Shown: positions 8,828 through 18,706 of the stretch, piece by piece | Layout: every line of letters begins with the position of its first letter | Numbering within the stretch: position 1 is the stretch's first letter | NCBI GenBank assembly: GCA_044507735.1 | Contig: JBIQJB010000014.1 | Coordinates: forward strand, 1 to 51,571 | From: Nitrosopumilales archaeon | GTDB lineage: Archaea; Thermoproteota; Nitrososphaeria; Nitrososphaerales; Nitrososphaeraceae | Reading direction: 5' to 3' | Length of the DNA stretch: 51,571 nucleotides | Notes under the pieces: model-generated | Told to the model about the DNA's origin: nothing | The model's database searches: none | The model's input: only the letters and a program-made list of their open reading frames with translations | Made by a program: the position numbers and the translations under genes

Positions 8828-9713
8828 ATGATAATGGGGGTATTGCTTTGGGAGAGGGCAATTGCCACTACAGCGGCATGCCTCGCGCCCGGATCAATGT
8901 TGGGATTGTAATAGTCACGTTCACTCCATTGACGTTGTCTGACTACATGGTTGCCTAGGCACACTGGCTGCTCTGGAGGAGTGACCACTTCAGCCGCCTG
9001 GGCTGCCTGAAAATCACTTCAGGCAGCGAGATCTTGCAGACAAAACAGGCCACACGAAGTAAGAATCACTTGCTCCAAACAGATGATGATGGGTGATGGT
9101 GCGGGCCAGAACCATGATTTCTGCAAGGAGCGACTTTACGATGATGGCACTTAATTCCTGCTGTGCAAAGTAAGAACGATGTTGTCTTCTCTTTCAACAC
9201 CTCCTAATCTAGACGATCGAGCATACAAACCACCGACGAGTCAACCAATGGCTCCGAACATACCTTTTCAGCTAGTGCTCCAGCCCAAGATCGAACCTGA
9301 GCATCATATCAACAATTTCGCTCTTAGTCGGCTGGCGGTAAGGTAAAGTCCTCAGGCATGCCTACAAGAAGACAGTAGTGGAAAACTAGCATTTGGCACA
9401 CTCCGCTGCAGTGAAGCCCATAACAAGAGGCTAGGCCTGGCCAATTACCAGCAGATGCCATCCGGCCAAAAGAGCGCGACCATCGCACACTTGTATCATC
9501 GAATCAAACTAATCGCAAGGGTGCATTCCACTTCCCTTTGGAAGATAGCATCGCCTCCAATCCGTGAACTCTTCTTGTCCTCCCACAGAATAGTCGGGAC
9601 GGTGCAATCAGATTCTGTTGTGCACTACCGCTTCCCGAATACCACGTCCATGTATGCTTCACTCTCTTGCCCAGTTGCACCATAACTGGTTCACAGATCT
9701 ATCGCCAATTTTT

Positions 9714-10079
9714 CTATGAGTCGAGAGTTGCATTCACTTGAGTAACTAGACTTGCTATACTGATCGGCTTTCTGATGAATGCCCTCACGTCAATATTCGG
9801 AAACATCTTTCGGAACTCGTCGTAATAGATTTCAAATGCAGTGAGGAAGCACACCTTGACGGTCGCGTCCTTTTTCTTGAGCTCTCGATACAGGTCAAAT
9901 CCGTTCAGCTTGGGCATTCTGATGTCAATTATCATCAGGTCGTAACGGCCAGGCTTGAAACTGACAAGCGCGGCGTAAGGGTCGTTAAAGACGTCAACCG
10001 AAAAGCCGTGATGCTCAAGCCCCCTCTTTAGGACGGTGGTAATATCAGGCTCGTCGTCAACCACCGCAACCTTCTTCAT
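9714..10079 (-). CDS. Stand-alone response regulator receiver (CheY-like)
   Basis: VVDDE, DLMIIDIRMPKLNG, FLTA, RKP. Confidence 0.93.
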   Translation of the reverse strand: MKKVAVVDDEPDITTVLKRGLEHHGFSVDVFNDPYAALVSFKPGRYDLMIIDIRMPKLNGFDLYRELKKKDATVKVCFLTAFEIYYDEFRKMFPNIDVRAFIRKPISIASLVTQVNATLDS

Positions 10080-10187
10080 ATTGGGAAATGGGATTTTCAG
10101 AGGGCTATTTTAATACAGTGGATTTGTTTTCCATCCCGAGCTATACTCTTAAATCATCACTTAACTCATTTCTCCAAGTAAGGGCAT

Positions 10188-10772
10188 ATGAAGATATACA
10201 CCAAGACAGGCGACATGGGCGAAACCGGACTTATTGGCGGCATGCGGGTGAGCAAAGCGGATCCGAGGATCGTCGCCTACGGTGCGGTCGATGAGCTGAA
10301 CTCTTGCATTGGTCTTGCGATCTCGTTTATGCGAGAAAATGGTGGGAGACAGCTGCAGCCGCTTTCAGATCTCGTTGATGTCTTGGTGCAAGTGCAAAAC
10401 GATCTTTTTGTGGTTGGCTCTGATCTTGCGGACCCAACATATCCAGAACCGAGCAAGACGCCTCGCACAAGCAAAATGATGGCCTCTGCGCTTGAGCATA
10501 ACATCGACAGATTTGAAGCAGAGCTTCAGCCGATAACCTTCTTCATCCTGCCTGGAGGAAGTATAGAAGCTTCGCTTTTGCATCAGGCAAGAGGCGTGGC
10601 ACGTAGAGCAGAGACTGCGGCGGTATCACTCGCAAAATGCGAGACGGTTAACCCTGCAATAATTGTCTATCTCAACAGGCTCTCTGATTTGTTGTTTGTC
10701 TCAGCGAGGCTTGCAAACAAGAGGCTCGGGGTGCCCGATGTAGCTTGGAGAACCGGTAATAGTAAGGAATAA
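10188..10772 (+). CDS. pduO: PduO-type ATP:cob(I)alamin adenosyltransferase
   Basis: KIYTKTGD.GETGL, YGAVDELNS, FILPGG, ARRAE, YLNRLSDLLF. Confidence 0.95.
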   Translation: MKIYTKTGDMGETGLIGGMRVSKADPRIVAYGAVDELNSCIGLAISFMRENGGRQLQPLSDLVDVLVQVQNDLFVVGSDLADPTYPEPSKTPRTSKMMASALEHNIDRFEAELQPITFFILPGGSIEASLLHQARGVARRAETAAVSLAKCETVNPAIIVYLNRLSDLLFVSARLANKRLGVPDVAWRTGNSKE

Positions 10773-11184
10773 CCTGCTACCAACAATCTGGTCAAAATCC
10801 ACCATGAAGAAATCCCATAATTGACAGCGGCCTCTTGGATAGGCTTTGGGCCAGATCTTTAACTGAGCAAGAGCACGTGTAATCACCATGCGGATGCCTG
10901 CCGAGACTTTGGCAGTTGTGTGCTTTGCCGATCTTATCCTTGCCTTTATAAACGACGAGGCCATGAAAGTGGCACCGAATGTTTCAGTTGGCGCGCCGGC
11001 ATAGGGCCAATATTCGCTAGCTTTAAAGTCAAGTGCTACACCTTCTTCATCGAATGGCGACCAGCAAGGAAGGAGAGTCCAGTTGCCCTTACTGCGGATC
11101 CAAGTTCAAGGATAACGAAGAGCTTTCAAAGCACATAGATAGAATCCATCATGGCTCTGGGCTGCTTGAAGGCGACTCCAGGAA

Positions 11185-11745
11185 ATGGTAGCAGACAGTC
11201 TGTCTATTTTTTTTCAATCGATTTTGCGGCTAAAGTCTATCAGGCGCGCCGGGTGGGTTTCAAAGGTAAAGATTAAGGATCCCGAATCGGTTGCAGATCA
11301 TAGCTTTTCAATGTGCGCGATCGCGATGCTATTGTCAGACGTGCTTGGATTTGACACGCGTAAAGCGATGAAGATGGTCATCCTGCACGATCTTGCAGAG
11401 TCGGTCGTGGGTGACTATATGCCTGGCGACATCGCAGTCGAGGAGAAATTGGCTCAGGAGAAGAAGGCCATGAAGTCGATCCTCTCGGGCCTTCCCGAGG
11501 CAATAAGAGCAGAATATGAAGAGATCTGGGACGAATATCTCCAGGACAAGAGCGACATCGCAACGTTTGTCCACAGGATAGACAAGCTCGAAATGGCGTT
11601 TCAGGCAAACTACTATGCAAGACAGGGTTACGCAGAAGAGCTACTTGCACCGTTCTTTGAGTCTGCTCAGAATGCCGTTGGCGACAAAGGCGACATTGTC
11701 AGTGAAATACTAAAGACTTTAAAACCCAAATCTGCCAATAAGTAA
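11185..11745 (+). CDS. HD-domain 5'-deoxynucleotidase (HDDC2/YfbR-like)
   Basis: LK...RAGW, ESVADHSF, LHDLAES..GD, DKLEM. Confidence 0.9.
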   Translation: MVADSLSIFFQSILRLKSIRRAGWVSKVKIKDPESVADHSFSMCAIAMLLSDVLGFDTRKAMKMVILHDLAESVVGDYMPGDIAVEEKLAQEKKAMKSILSGLPEAIRAEYEEIWDEYLQDKSDIATFVHRIDKLEMAFQANYYARQGYAEELLAPFFESAQNAVGDKGDIVSEILKTLKPKSANK

Positions 11746-11747
11746 CA

Positions 11748-12071
11748 ATGCAGTATTTCACGGCTCTCAAAATGGGCGAAAAGCGTGTCAAAGCGGCAAG
11801 AGAATTGCTGGAACGATATGCAGGACATGCCATGCCAGCGCTCGCATTGAAGGATAACAAGGACAACAAATGGGAGCCAGTTGGAGAAGAAAACCTATTT
11901 GCCGTTGTAAAGGAAGATGCGGGGTACATGATCGCATTCTGTGACAAGAACGGTATCGCTAAGTCAATTGCGCAATGGTTCACAGAAGAGACAAAGAACG
12001 AAATAGTAGCCAAGATAAAGGAGGAGCAGAACATGCAAGAGTATTTTGGCAAGTTGTCACTTCCAATCTAG
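11748..12071 (+). CDS. Hypothetical protein
   Basis: 107-aa ORF 2 nt after the HD gene, with protein-like composition. Confidence 0.75.
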   Translation: MQYFTALKMGEKRVKAARELLERYAGHAMPALALKDNKDNKWEPVGEENLFAVVKEDAGYMIAFCDKNGIAKSIAQWFTEETKNEIVAKIKEEQNMQEYFGKLSLPI

Positions 12072-12714
12072 ATCAATTTCATTACTCCGTGAGAATTTCT
12101 CGGGAATCTGCACCTGCTTCCGACAAGCACATTATCAACATCTATCTAGACGGGAGCGATGTTGGTACTTGTGAGTGCCTGGAGAATCTTGCTCACTATG
12201 CTGTACACAAGGTTGGGGGTTTGACACCATCTCTCTTCCTTTTTGAAGGTAATATTACTTTCAGTATCGATGTTGCTAGATGAGCTCTTTCATACTTCCA
12301 GTCTAGTAATACGGCGAAGGGTGGTCTCATCTACAGAGCAAGCATATGTGACCATCTCGTCTCTCCGCGCCTTCTGATGGCGCATACGTCAGCGATCTTC
12401 ACTATGTTTGGAGGGCGCGCAAAGCCCGGGCTTCTCGCTCTTTCCCTGCCAGAACTGCCTATCTCTGTAGCTCTGGCGGACTGCTCTTGTTTGCCCTCCT
12501 GACTCTTCCAGAGGATGATGACTTTTCGCAAAGTGCCTTCTCTTTCTATGATTCAAGGACGCAGATCGACGCGAAAATTGCAAATTCACACATCATGGAT
12601 GTGGTAGCAAGATCAACCTTCCACACAGGACTGATTCATAATCAATCAATGCAATGAGAGTATGCTGCGATATGGCTTTTATACCGAAATAGGCTTCAGC
12701 TTAACTGCATAACC

Positions 12715-13965
12715 TTGGCGAACAGATTCGAGCAAGAAATTGAGGTTAAGGGACACCTTATCGACTCTATGATACTAACGAGAATATTTGACAGCGTCAT
12801 GGATCTTCAAGGTGACTTTCAGGTGCTCGAATTTTCTGTCGGTAAGAAAAAAGGCGACCCGAGCTATGCAAGGCTGCTTATAAAGGGCAAAAATAAAGAG
12901 CACTTGGAGAGCATACTACAACAGGTCTACCGCGAAGGCGCCCAACCCGTCTCAGTACAAGAAGTGAGATTGGAGCCCGCTCCAAATGACATGGTGATGC
13001 CCGACGACTTTTACAGCACAACAAACAATGCGACTCAGGTCTACTATGGAGGCCGCTGGATAGATGTACAGAACATGATGATGGACAAGTGCATCGTAGT
13101 AGATACAAAGCGAAAGACCGCGGAATGCAAGATGGTTCGCGACATTGTCAAAGGCGATATGGTGGTGGTAGGTGAGCAGGGAGTCAAGATAATCCCACTT
13201 GAGCGTCCTCGCGAGGGGGTTGATATTTTCCAGTTCATGAGTAGTTCGAGCTCAAGCGAGCGACCAACACAGCATATTGCGTACAAGGTCGCATACGATA
13301 TTTACAATACGAAAAAGAGCGGAGGCAAGATAGTAGTGGTATCCGGCCCGGTGTTGGTACACTCAGGTGCGGCCGAAGCACTTGCGTCACTGATAAGGAT
13401 GGGTTACGTTGACGGAGTGCTGGCAGGCAATGCGCTTGCCGTGCACGACGTTGAAAACGCGCTTCTTGGCACATCACTTGGAATGCGAGTGAAAGATGGT
13501 ACGCTTGCCGTAAGAGGTCATCGCAATCACATGCAGGCCATAAACGAGGTATTCAAGGCAGGAGGCCTCAAGGCAATGGTGGAGAAAGGAGTCCTAAAGA
13601 GTGGCGTGATGTACGAGTGCATCAAAAACAATGTGCCTTTTGTTCTCGCAGGCTCTATCCGTGACGACGGACCTTTGCCTGATGTCATCACAGATGTGGT
13701 CGAAGCGCAGCGCAAGTACAAGCAGGTTATTAAAGAGGCCAAGATGGTGCTGATGTTCTCCACGATGCTTCATTCAATTGCAGTGGGCAACATGCTGCCC
13801 GCTTCTGTTAAGGTAGTCGCGGTCGACATCAGCCAGCCGGTGGTGACAAAATTAATCGATAGGGGCACCGCGCAGGCAATAGGGATCGTCACCGACGTGG
13901 GCGCCTTCCTGCCAATAGTCGTGGATCATCTAAAGCAAATATTGGCTGCGGGCAAGCAGAAATAG
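12715..13965 (+). CDS. TIGR00300-family ornithine cyclodeaminase-like protein (LOR/SDH, ArgZ C-terminal-like)
   Basis: GHLIDS, PDDFYSTTN, GNALAVHDVE, LAGSIRDDGPLP, MLHSIAVGNMLP, TKLIDRGTAQA. Confidence 0.88.
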   Translation: MANRFEQEIEVKGHLIDSMILTRIFDSVMDLQGDFQVLEFSVGKKKGDPSYARLLIKGKNKEHLESILQQVYREGAQPVSVQEVRLEPAPNDMVMPDDFYSTTNNATQVYYGGRWIDVQNMMMDKCIVVDTKRKTAECKMVRDIVKGDMVVVGEQGVKIIPLERPREGVDIFQFMSSSSSSERPTQHIAYKVAYDIYNTKKSGGKIVVVSGPVLVHSGAAEALASLIRMGYVDGVLAGNALAVHDVENALLGTSLGMRVKDGTLAVRGHRNHMQAINEVFKAGGLKAMVEKGVLKSGVMYECIKNNVPFVLAGSIRDDGPLPDVITDVVEAQRKYKQVIKEAKMVLMFSTMLHSIAVGNMLPASVKVVAVDISQPVVTKLIDRGTAQAIGIVTDVGAFLPIVVDHLKQILAAGKQK

Positions 13966-14607
13966 AACTTTATAGAATTGATGCACTTGACAGCCCAAAT
14001 GCGGGCAACAAGAGACTTGAACTTTCTTGCACCTTGTTTCATGAATTCTCGATTCTAGCAAGTATGCTCATTCTTGTTAAGCAGTGCGATCTAGACAGTC
14101 AGATTCTGTGTCTATTATTCGATAATACGGCGAGCACGGATGAACATGATCATACATCAGTCTCTTGGAATACCTGAACAGGCGGGCACGTTGCCATCTC
14201 CGAGCCTCTGGCGATTGTGTGCGTAAGAGCAGGGCGATCGCAGAGAAAATATCAAATGAAGTTGCGGCGCGAGTAGTCAAAGAGTAGGAATTTCTCGCGG
14301 GTAAAAAGAGACGCGATAGTACGCTGCCATATGATCAATGAAAGGCCAAAGGGCCTATTTTCAACTAGGAGAATTTTAGCCAGGCAGTCCAGCAAATCTC
14401 GCAAACTACACTTCGAAACAATACAGATGTAATTGAGTTTCACAAAAATCCATCAGAGACCTTGTGTTCGGTGGACCATAACGACACGTGCATACGCTAG
14501 CCAAACCAGATGGCGCGAAAAAGAGCACAAATGCCAAACTGAGGGCAGTGGTAAAAGATGACAAAGGCAACGCCTAAAATAAGCGGCCTACGCAGATGAT
14601 CTAGCAT

Positions 14608-15000
14608 ATGCCAGACTACAAAGAACATCTTACGCCAGAGCAGTACGAGGTTTGCTGGAAGAAGGGTACCGAGCCGCCTTTTTCCGGTAAGTATTACAAG
14701 ACAAAAGACAATGGCGTCTACAAGTGCGTCTGCTGCGGGAGCAGTTTGTTCAGCTCTGAAACAAAGTTTGATTCAGGCACAGGATGGCCAAGCTTCTGGG
14801 AGCCCGTCAAGAAAGGCAGCGTGAAAGAAGAACTTGACACAAGTTATGGTATGGTGAGAACTGAAGTAATGTGTGCCAAATGTGGTGCGCATCTAGGACA
14901 TGTGTTTGACGATGGGCCCAATCCGACCGGGCTGCGTTACTGCATAAACTCATTGTCACTTTCGTTTGCCAAGGGTGAGACTATCGATGAGCAGCGGTGA
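14608..15000 (+). CDS. msrB: Peptide-methionine (R)-S-oxide reductase
   Basis: [37 protein letters not shown]. Confidence 0.97.
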   Translation: MPDYKEHLTPEQYEVCWKKGTEPPFSGKYYKTKDNGVYKCVCCGSSLFSSETKFDSGTGWPSFWEPVKKGSVKEELDTSYGMVRTEVMCAKCGAHLGHVFDDGPNPTGLRYCINSLSLSFAKGETIDEQR

Positions 15001-15295
15001 AGAGTGGTCTCAGTGGCTTGACTTTGACAGAGCGAACGTTGAGGCTGTCCCCGAGTCACCCGGCGCATGTGTGATGCATGCTAGCATGAAGACGCTGTAC
15101 ATCGGCGGAAGCGAGAACATCCGGCAGGAGCTCCTGGCAAGGCTGTCAGATCCTTGTACAAGCAAAGCCAAACGCTTCAAATACATGCTGACCTCAGAAT
15201 TTGCAGTTGTAAGAGAGCAGCAGATAAAGGAGTATATTGGCAAGCACGGGAAGCTCCCTCTCTGCATGCAGCAAAATGCCCCAGAGCAGAAATAA
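14987..15295 (+). CDS. GIY-YIG-like small protein, probably degenerate
   Basis: VPESPG...[16 protein letters not shown] ribosome-binding site before ATG 14987. Overlaps the msrB end. Confidence 0.65.
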   Translation: MSSGEEWSQWLDFDRANVEAVPESPGACVMHASMKTLYIGGSENIRQELLARLSDPCTSKAKRFKYMLTSEFAVVREQQIKEYIGKHGKLPLCMQQNAPEQK

Positions 15296-15355
15296 AGAAA
15301 TCTCTATCAGAGACACATTCGACAATTCATTATTACAATAGACCGCGCACGTCCA

Positions 15356-17242
15356 TTGGAAATGAATATTCGTCCGGTTATTTCTATTGGACTGGCGGCA
15401 ATCCTTGTGCTTGCCATGGTCCCCGCTTTCAGCATTTTTGCAAGAGCGCAACAGGCCGAAGATAGCGGTGACGCAAACCACGCTACAACAACAGGCCCCT
15501 CGGTCAAAGATCCAAATATCATAGTGGAAAAGGTGGCGGAGGGACTAACTTTCCCAACTACGATGGCTTTCCTTGACGAAGACCGAATTCTAGTACTTGA
15601 AAAGAACAACGGAACAGTCAGACTGATCGAAGACGGTGAGCTCCAGTCAGAGCCGTTGCTGGATGTAGCAGTGGCAAGTGAGAACGAACGTGGAATGCTC
15701 GGCATCGCAGTTTCAAAGATAAATGGAACCACATACGTTTTCCTCTATTTCACCGAATCTGGAGGTGGGCAAGACGGAGACGACCTGAAAGGCGTAGCAC
15801 CTGCGGGGAACCGGTTGTACCGCTACGAGCTGCAGGGAGACAAGCTGGTCGATCCGCAGTTGCTACTTGACTTGCCGGCACTGCCAGGACCCCGCTACAA
15901 TGGTGGACCTGTCGCGATAGGACCAGACGGGAATGTCTATGTCATAATTGGCGATGTGGAGGGTCACGCTACGCAGGTGCAGAACTTTGAAGGTCGGGGA
16001 GCGGCAGACGGAACAAGCGGAATACTGCGTGTAGGACCAAACGGAGAAACCCCGGAGCCAGTTATCGGAACAGGCGTCTTTGGTAAATACTACTTTGCGT
16101 ACGGTATCAGGAACAGCTTTGGCTTGGCCTTTGATCCCGAAACAGGCATGCTATGGGACACTGAGAATGGTCCTGCATTTGGTGACGAGATAAACCTAGT
16201 AGAACCCGGCTTTAACAGCGGTTGGCGCGATGTACAAGGCAAGGCGAACGCATCAGATCTAAATGACCTCGTGTTATTTAATGCTCGTAGCCATTACAGT
16301 GACCCCGAGTTTTCATGGACAGAACCAGTTGGCGTCACAGCGTTGGCGTTCCTCAATTCGAGCATGCTTGGAGAAGAGTATGAAGGAGACATGTTTGTTG
16401 GAGATGTCAACAACAGAGCTATTTACCGCTTTGAGCTGAACGAAAATAGAACCGAGTTAGTGCTGGACGGAGTGCTTGCAGACAAGGTGGCAGACACGCC
16501 GGAAGAAAGCCAAGAAGCAATCTTTGGCACTGGATTTGGAGTTGTAACTGACATCAAGGTCGGCCCTGACGGCAACCTTTACGTCCTTTCATACACCAAG
16601 GGCGAGATATACAAGTTAACCTCATCAAACGCGCAGGAGGACGACGATGGTGCCAGAACTGCCAGTCTTACGGTGAGATCCGAGGACCAGTCTGGGAACA
16701 CCATCACTGGCATGCACACGGTCATAGAGGACGACGACGGCAATGTACTGAAGGAAGGGCTGACTCCCCTTACTTTCGAGGAAGGCAAGGTAGGCTCCAC
16801 ATACACTGTGATCGTTTCTGACTTTCGTGACAGAGAATTCGACCACTGGGACGATGGTTCTGATGACAGAGAGAGGAAAGTGACACTTGAAGACAATACC
16901 ACGATTACGGCGCATTATGAGATCGAGTCGACCGATGACAATTCTAACACACGAAATAGCAACACACCCATCTTTGACAGGCTTACTAGGGTTCTGAATA
17001 TCGATGATTGCTTAGACGGGCAGAACCGACACAGGCTGTACAATGAAATTTCAAATTTGGTTGCCAAGATATTTAGAGGAGACGACAGGAGCACCGACAG
17101 ACTTCAGAAGCTTATCGATCGAGTAGTTGACGACTGCGTAGGCAACCATGACGATGATGATGATGACGACGACGGCAACAGTAACGACGTTAGAAGAAGG
17201 GGAAATGGATTACTTTTTGGAAGGAATGGCGACCGCGACTAA
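15356..17242 (+). CDS. Secreted glucose/sorbosone dehydrogenase-type (PQQ-dependent sGDH-like) beta-propeller with C-terminal extension
   Basis: Signal peptide, GLTFPT.MAF, ERGMLG, YGIRNSFGLAFDP, ENGP..GDEIN, GPDGNLY. Acidic tail includes Asp x8. Confidence 0.85.
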   Translation: MEMNIRPVISIGLAAILVLAMVPAFSIFARAQQAEDSGDANHATTTGPSVKDPNIIVEKVAEGLTFPTTMAFLDEDRILVLEKNNGTVRLIEDGELQSEPLLDVAVASENERGMLGIAVSKINGTTYVFLYFTESGGGQDGDDLKGVAPAGNRLYRYELQGDKLVDPQLLLDLPALPGPRYNGGPVAIGPDGNVYVIIGDVEGHATQVQNFEGRGAADGTSGILRVGPNGETPEPVIGTGVFGKYYFAYGIRNSFGLAFDPETGMLWDTENGPAFGDEINLVEPGFNSGWRDVQGKANASDLNDLVLFNARSHYSDPEFSWTEPVGVTALAFLNSSMLGEEYEGDMFVGDVNNRAIYRFELNENRTELVLDGVLADKVADTPEESQEAIFGTGFGVVTDIKVGPDGNLYVLSYTKGEIYKLTSSNAQEDDDGARTASLTVRSEDQSGNTITGMHTVIEDDDGNVLKEGLTPLTFEEGKVGSTYTVIVSDFRDREFDHWDDGSDDRERKVTLEDNTTITAHYEIESTDDNSNTRNSNTPIFDRLTRVLNIDDCLDGQNRHRLYNEISNLVAKIFRGDDRSTDRLQKLIDRVVDDCVGNHDDDDDDDDGNSNDVRRRGNGLLFGRNGDRD

Positions 17243-18706
17243 CTAACTGAAATTGCCATCCTTCAGCTTTTTTTGAATCATTTCTAACGCAGCCTTGGGA
17301 TCGGCCCTACCTTTAGTTGCCTGCATAACCTTACCCAGCAAAAAGTTTGCAGCATTTGGATTGTGCTTTGCGTCCTGGACTGCTGCCTGCTCTGAGTGGA
17401 ATACAGATTCGATCGCCTTAGCCAGCACTTCAGCATCGTCAATTTTGGCGACCTGGGTCTTTTTGACAACGGCAGAGGGTGCCTCGCCTGTCCTCACTAT
17501 CTGTCCCAGAATCTGCTTGGCAGTAACCCGGTTTATTGTACCCTGATCAACCAGCTTTGCCAATTCTGCAATGTGCTCTGGTCTTACGTTTAGACCTGCA
17601 AATGGAGATAGTTCCTGCTCCTCTCCAGCTTTTTTCCTCACATCCACAAAGCTCATGAGGTCCGTTACGATCCAATTAGCAATTTCCTTTGGAGAATTGT
17701 GAAGTTTGATTGCAGATTCGAAAAAGTCGGCCAGTTCTTTATTATTGATGAGTACCTGGGCGACGTGAGCTGAAAGCCCATGCTTCGAAATGAACCGCTC
17801 CTTGCGGGCGTCGGGCAGCTCGGGCATAGACCTTGCTATCGAAGAGGTAAACTCACTTCCTAGGACTATGGTAGGAATGTCTGGCTCAGGAAAATAGCGG
17901 TAGTCCTGTTCTTCCTCCTTTGTCCTGGATTCTTTTGTTACCTTTCTGGCATCATCCCAATGGCGCGTCTCAGATTTGACTTCGATATCTCGTGAAGCCA
18001 TTGTCCTCTGTCGCGTAATTTCATATCGCACGGCCTTTTCCACGTCTGCAAACGAGCTGACGTTCTTGATCTCTACCTTGTTGCCGCCCCCTACCGACAC
18101 GTTGGCGTCGCAACGCACAGATCCTTCAAGCTTTGTGTTGCACACACCGAGGTGTTCCAGTATCGAAGTTATCTTGTCAAGGAACATCCTTACGTCCTTC
18201 GGATCGGCAAAGTCCGGCTCTGTCACTATTTCCACAAGCGGGACGCCTGCCCTGTTGTAATCAATCAAGGCATAGACACTGGCCTCCATGCTTGTTCCTT
18301 CATAGACAAGTCTGCCGGGATCCTCTTCCAGCTGGACGCGCCTTATCCTTGCACTCTTGCCGTTGTCACCATATTCGAGCTTCCCGTCTACTCCGATGCT
18401 CGTAATGCCGTATGCGTTGTACTGCGTCAGCTGAAAGTTCTTAGGCAGGTCGGGGTAAAAGTAGTTCTTTCTATAGAACAAGATCTCATCTGGGATCTTG
18501 CACCCAAGTGCAAGCGAGATCATGCCTGCAAACTCGACTGCCTTTTGGTTCAAGAGCGGAAGGGTGCCGGGAAGACCGGAGCACGTGGGGCAGGTGTTTT
18601 CGTTTGGTGTCATGCCGCGATAGTCGCAAAGGCACCTGCAGAACAGTTTGCTCTTCGCGCCTGTCAACTGGCAGTGGATTTCAAGCCCAATCTTTGTTTC
18701 CATCAC
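17243..18706 (-). CDS. gatB: Asp/Glu-tRNA amidotransferase subunit B
   Basis: IGLEIHCQL, RKNYFYPDLPK, DYNRAGVPLVEIVTEPD, DYRYFPEPD. Confidence 0.98.
   Translation of the reverse strand: MMETKIGLEIHCQLTGAKSKLFCRCLCDYRGMTPNENTCPTCSGLPGTLPLLNQKAVEFAGMISLALGCKIPDEILFYRKNYFYPDLPKNFQLTQYNAYGITSIGVDGKLEYGDNGKSARIRRVQLEEDPGRLVYEGTSMEASVYALIDYNRAGVPLVEIVTEPDFADPKDVRMFLDKITSILEHLGVCNTKLEGSVRCDANVSVGGGNKVEIKNVSSFADVEKAVRYEITRQRTMASRDIEVKSETRHWDDARKVTKESRTKEEEQDYRYFPEPDIPTIVLGSEFTSSIARSMPELPDARKERFISKHGLSAHVAQVLINNKELADFFESAIKLHNSPKEIANWIVTDLMSFVDVRKKAGEEQELSPFAGLNVRPEHIAELAKLVDQGTINRVTAKQILGQIVRTGEAPSAVVKKTQVAKIDDAEVLAKAIESVFHSEQAAVQDAKHNPNAANFLLGKVMQATKGRADPKAALEMIQKKLKDGNFS

Noticed and set aside
8912-9713. 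About 800 bp without a credible gene after tfuA
   Set aside because: All frames I read are interrupted and no family is recognisable. Probably decayed sequence. No convincing precursor peptide.
10773-11184. Short ORFs on both strands
   Set aside because: No motifs. Probably non-coding or decayed.
12068-12650. Possible minus-strand pseudogene with in-frame stops
   Set aside because: Fragments look protein-like but cannot be assigned to a family.
13966-14607. Intergenic stretch with 63-67 aa ORFs
   Set aside because: No recognisable domain, repeat or RNA structure.
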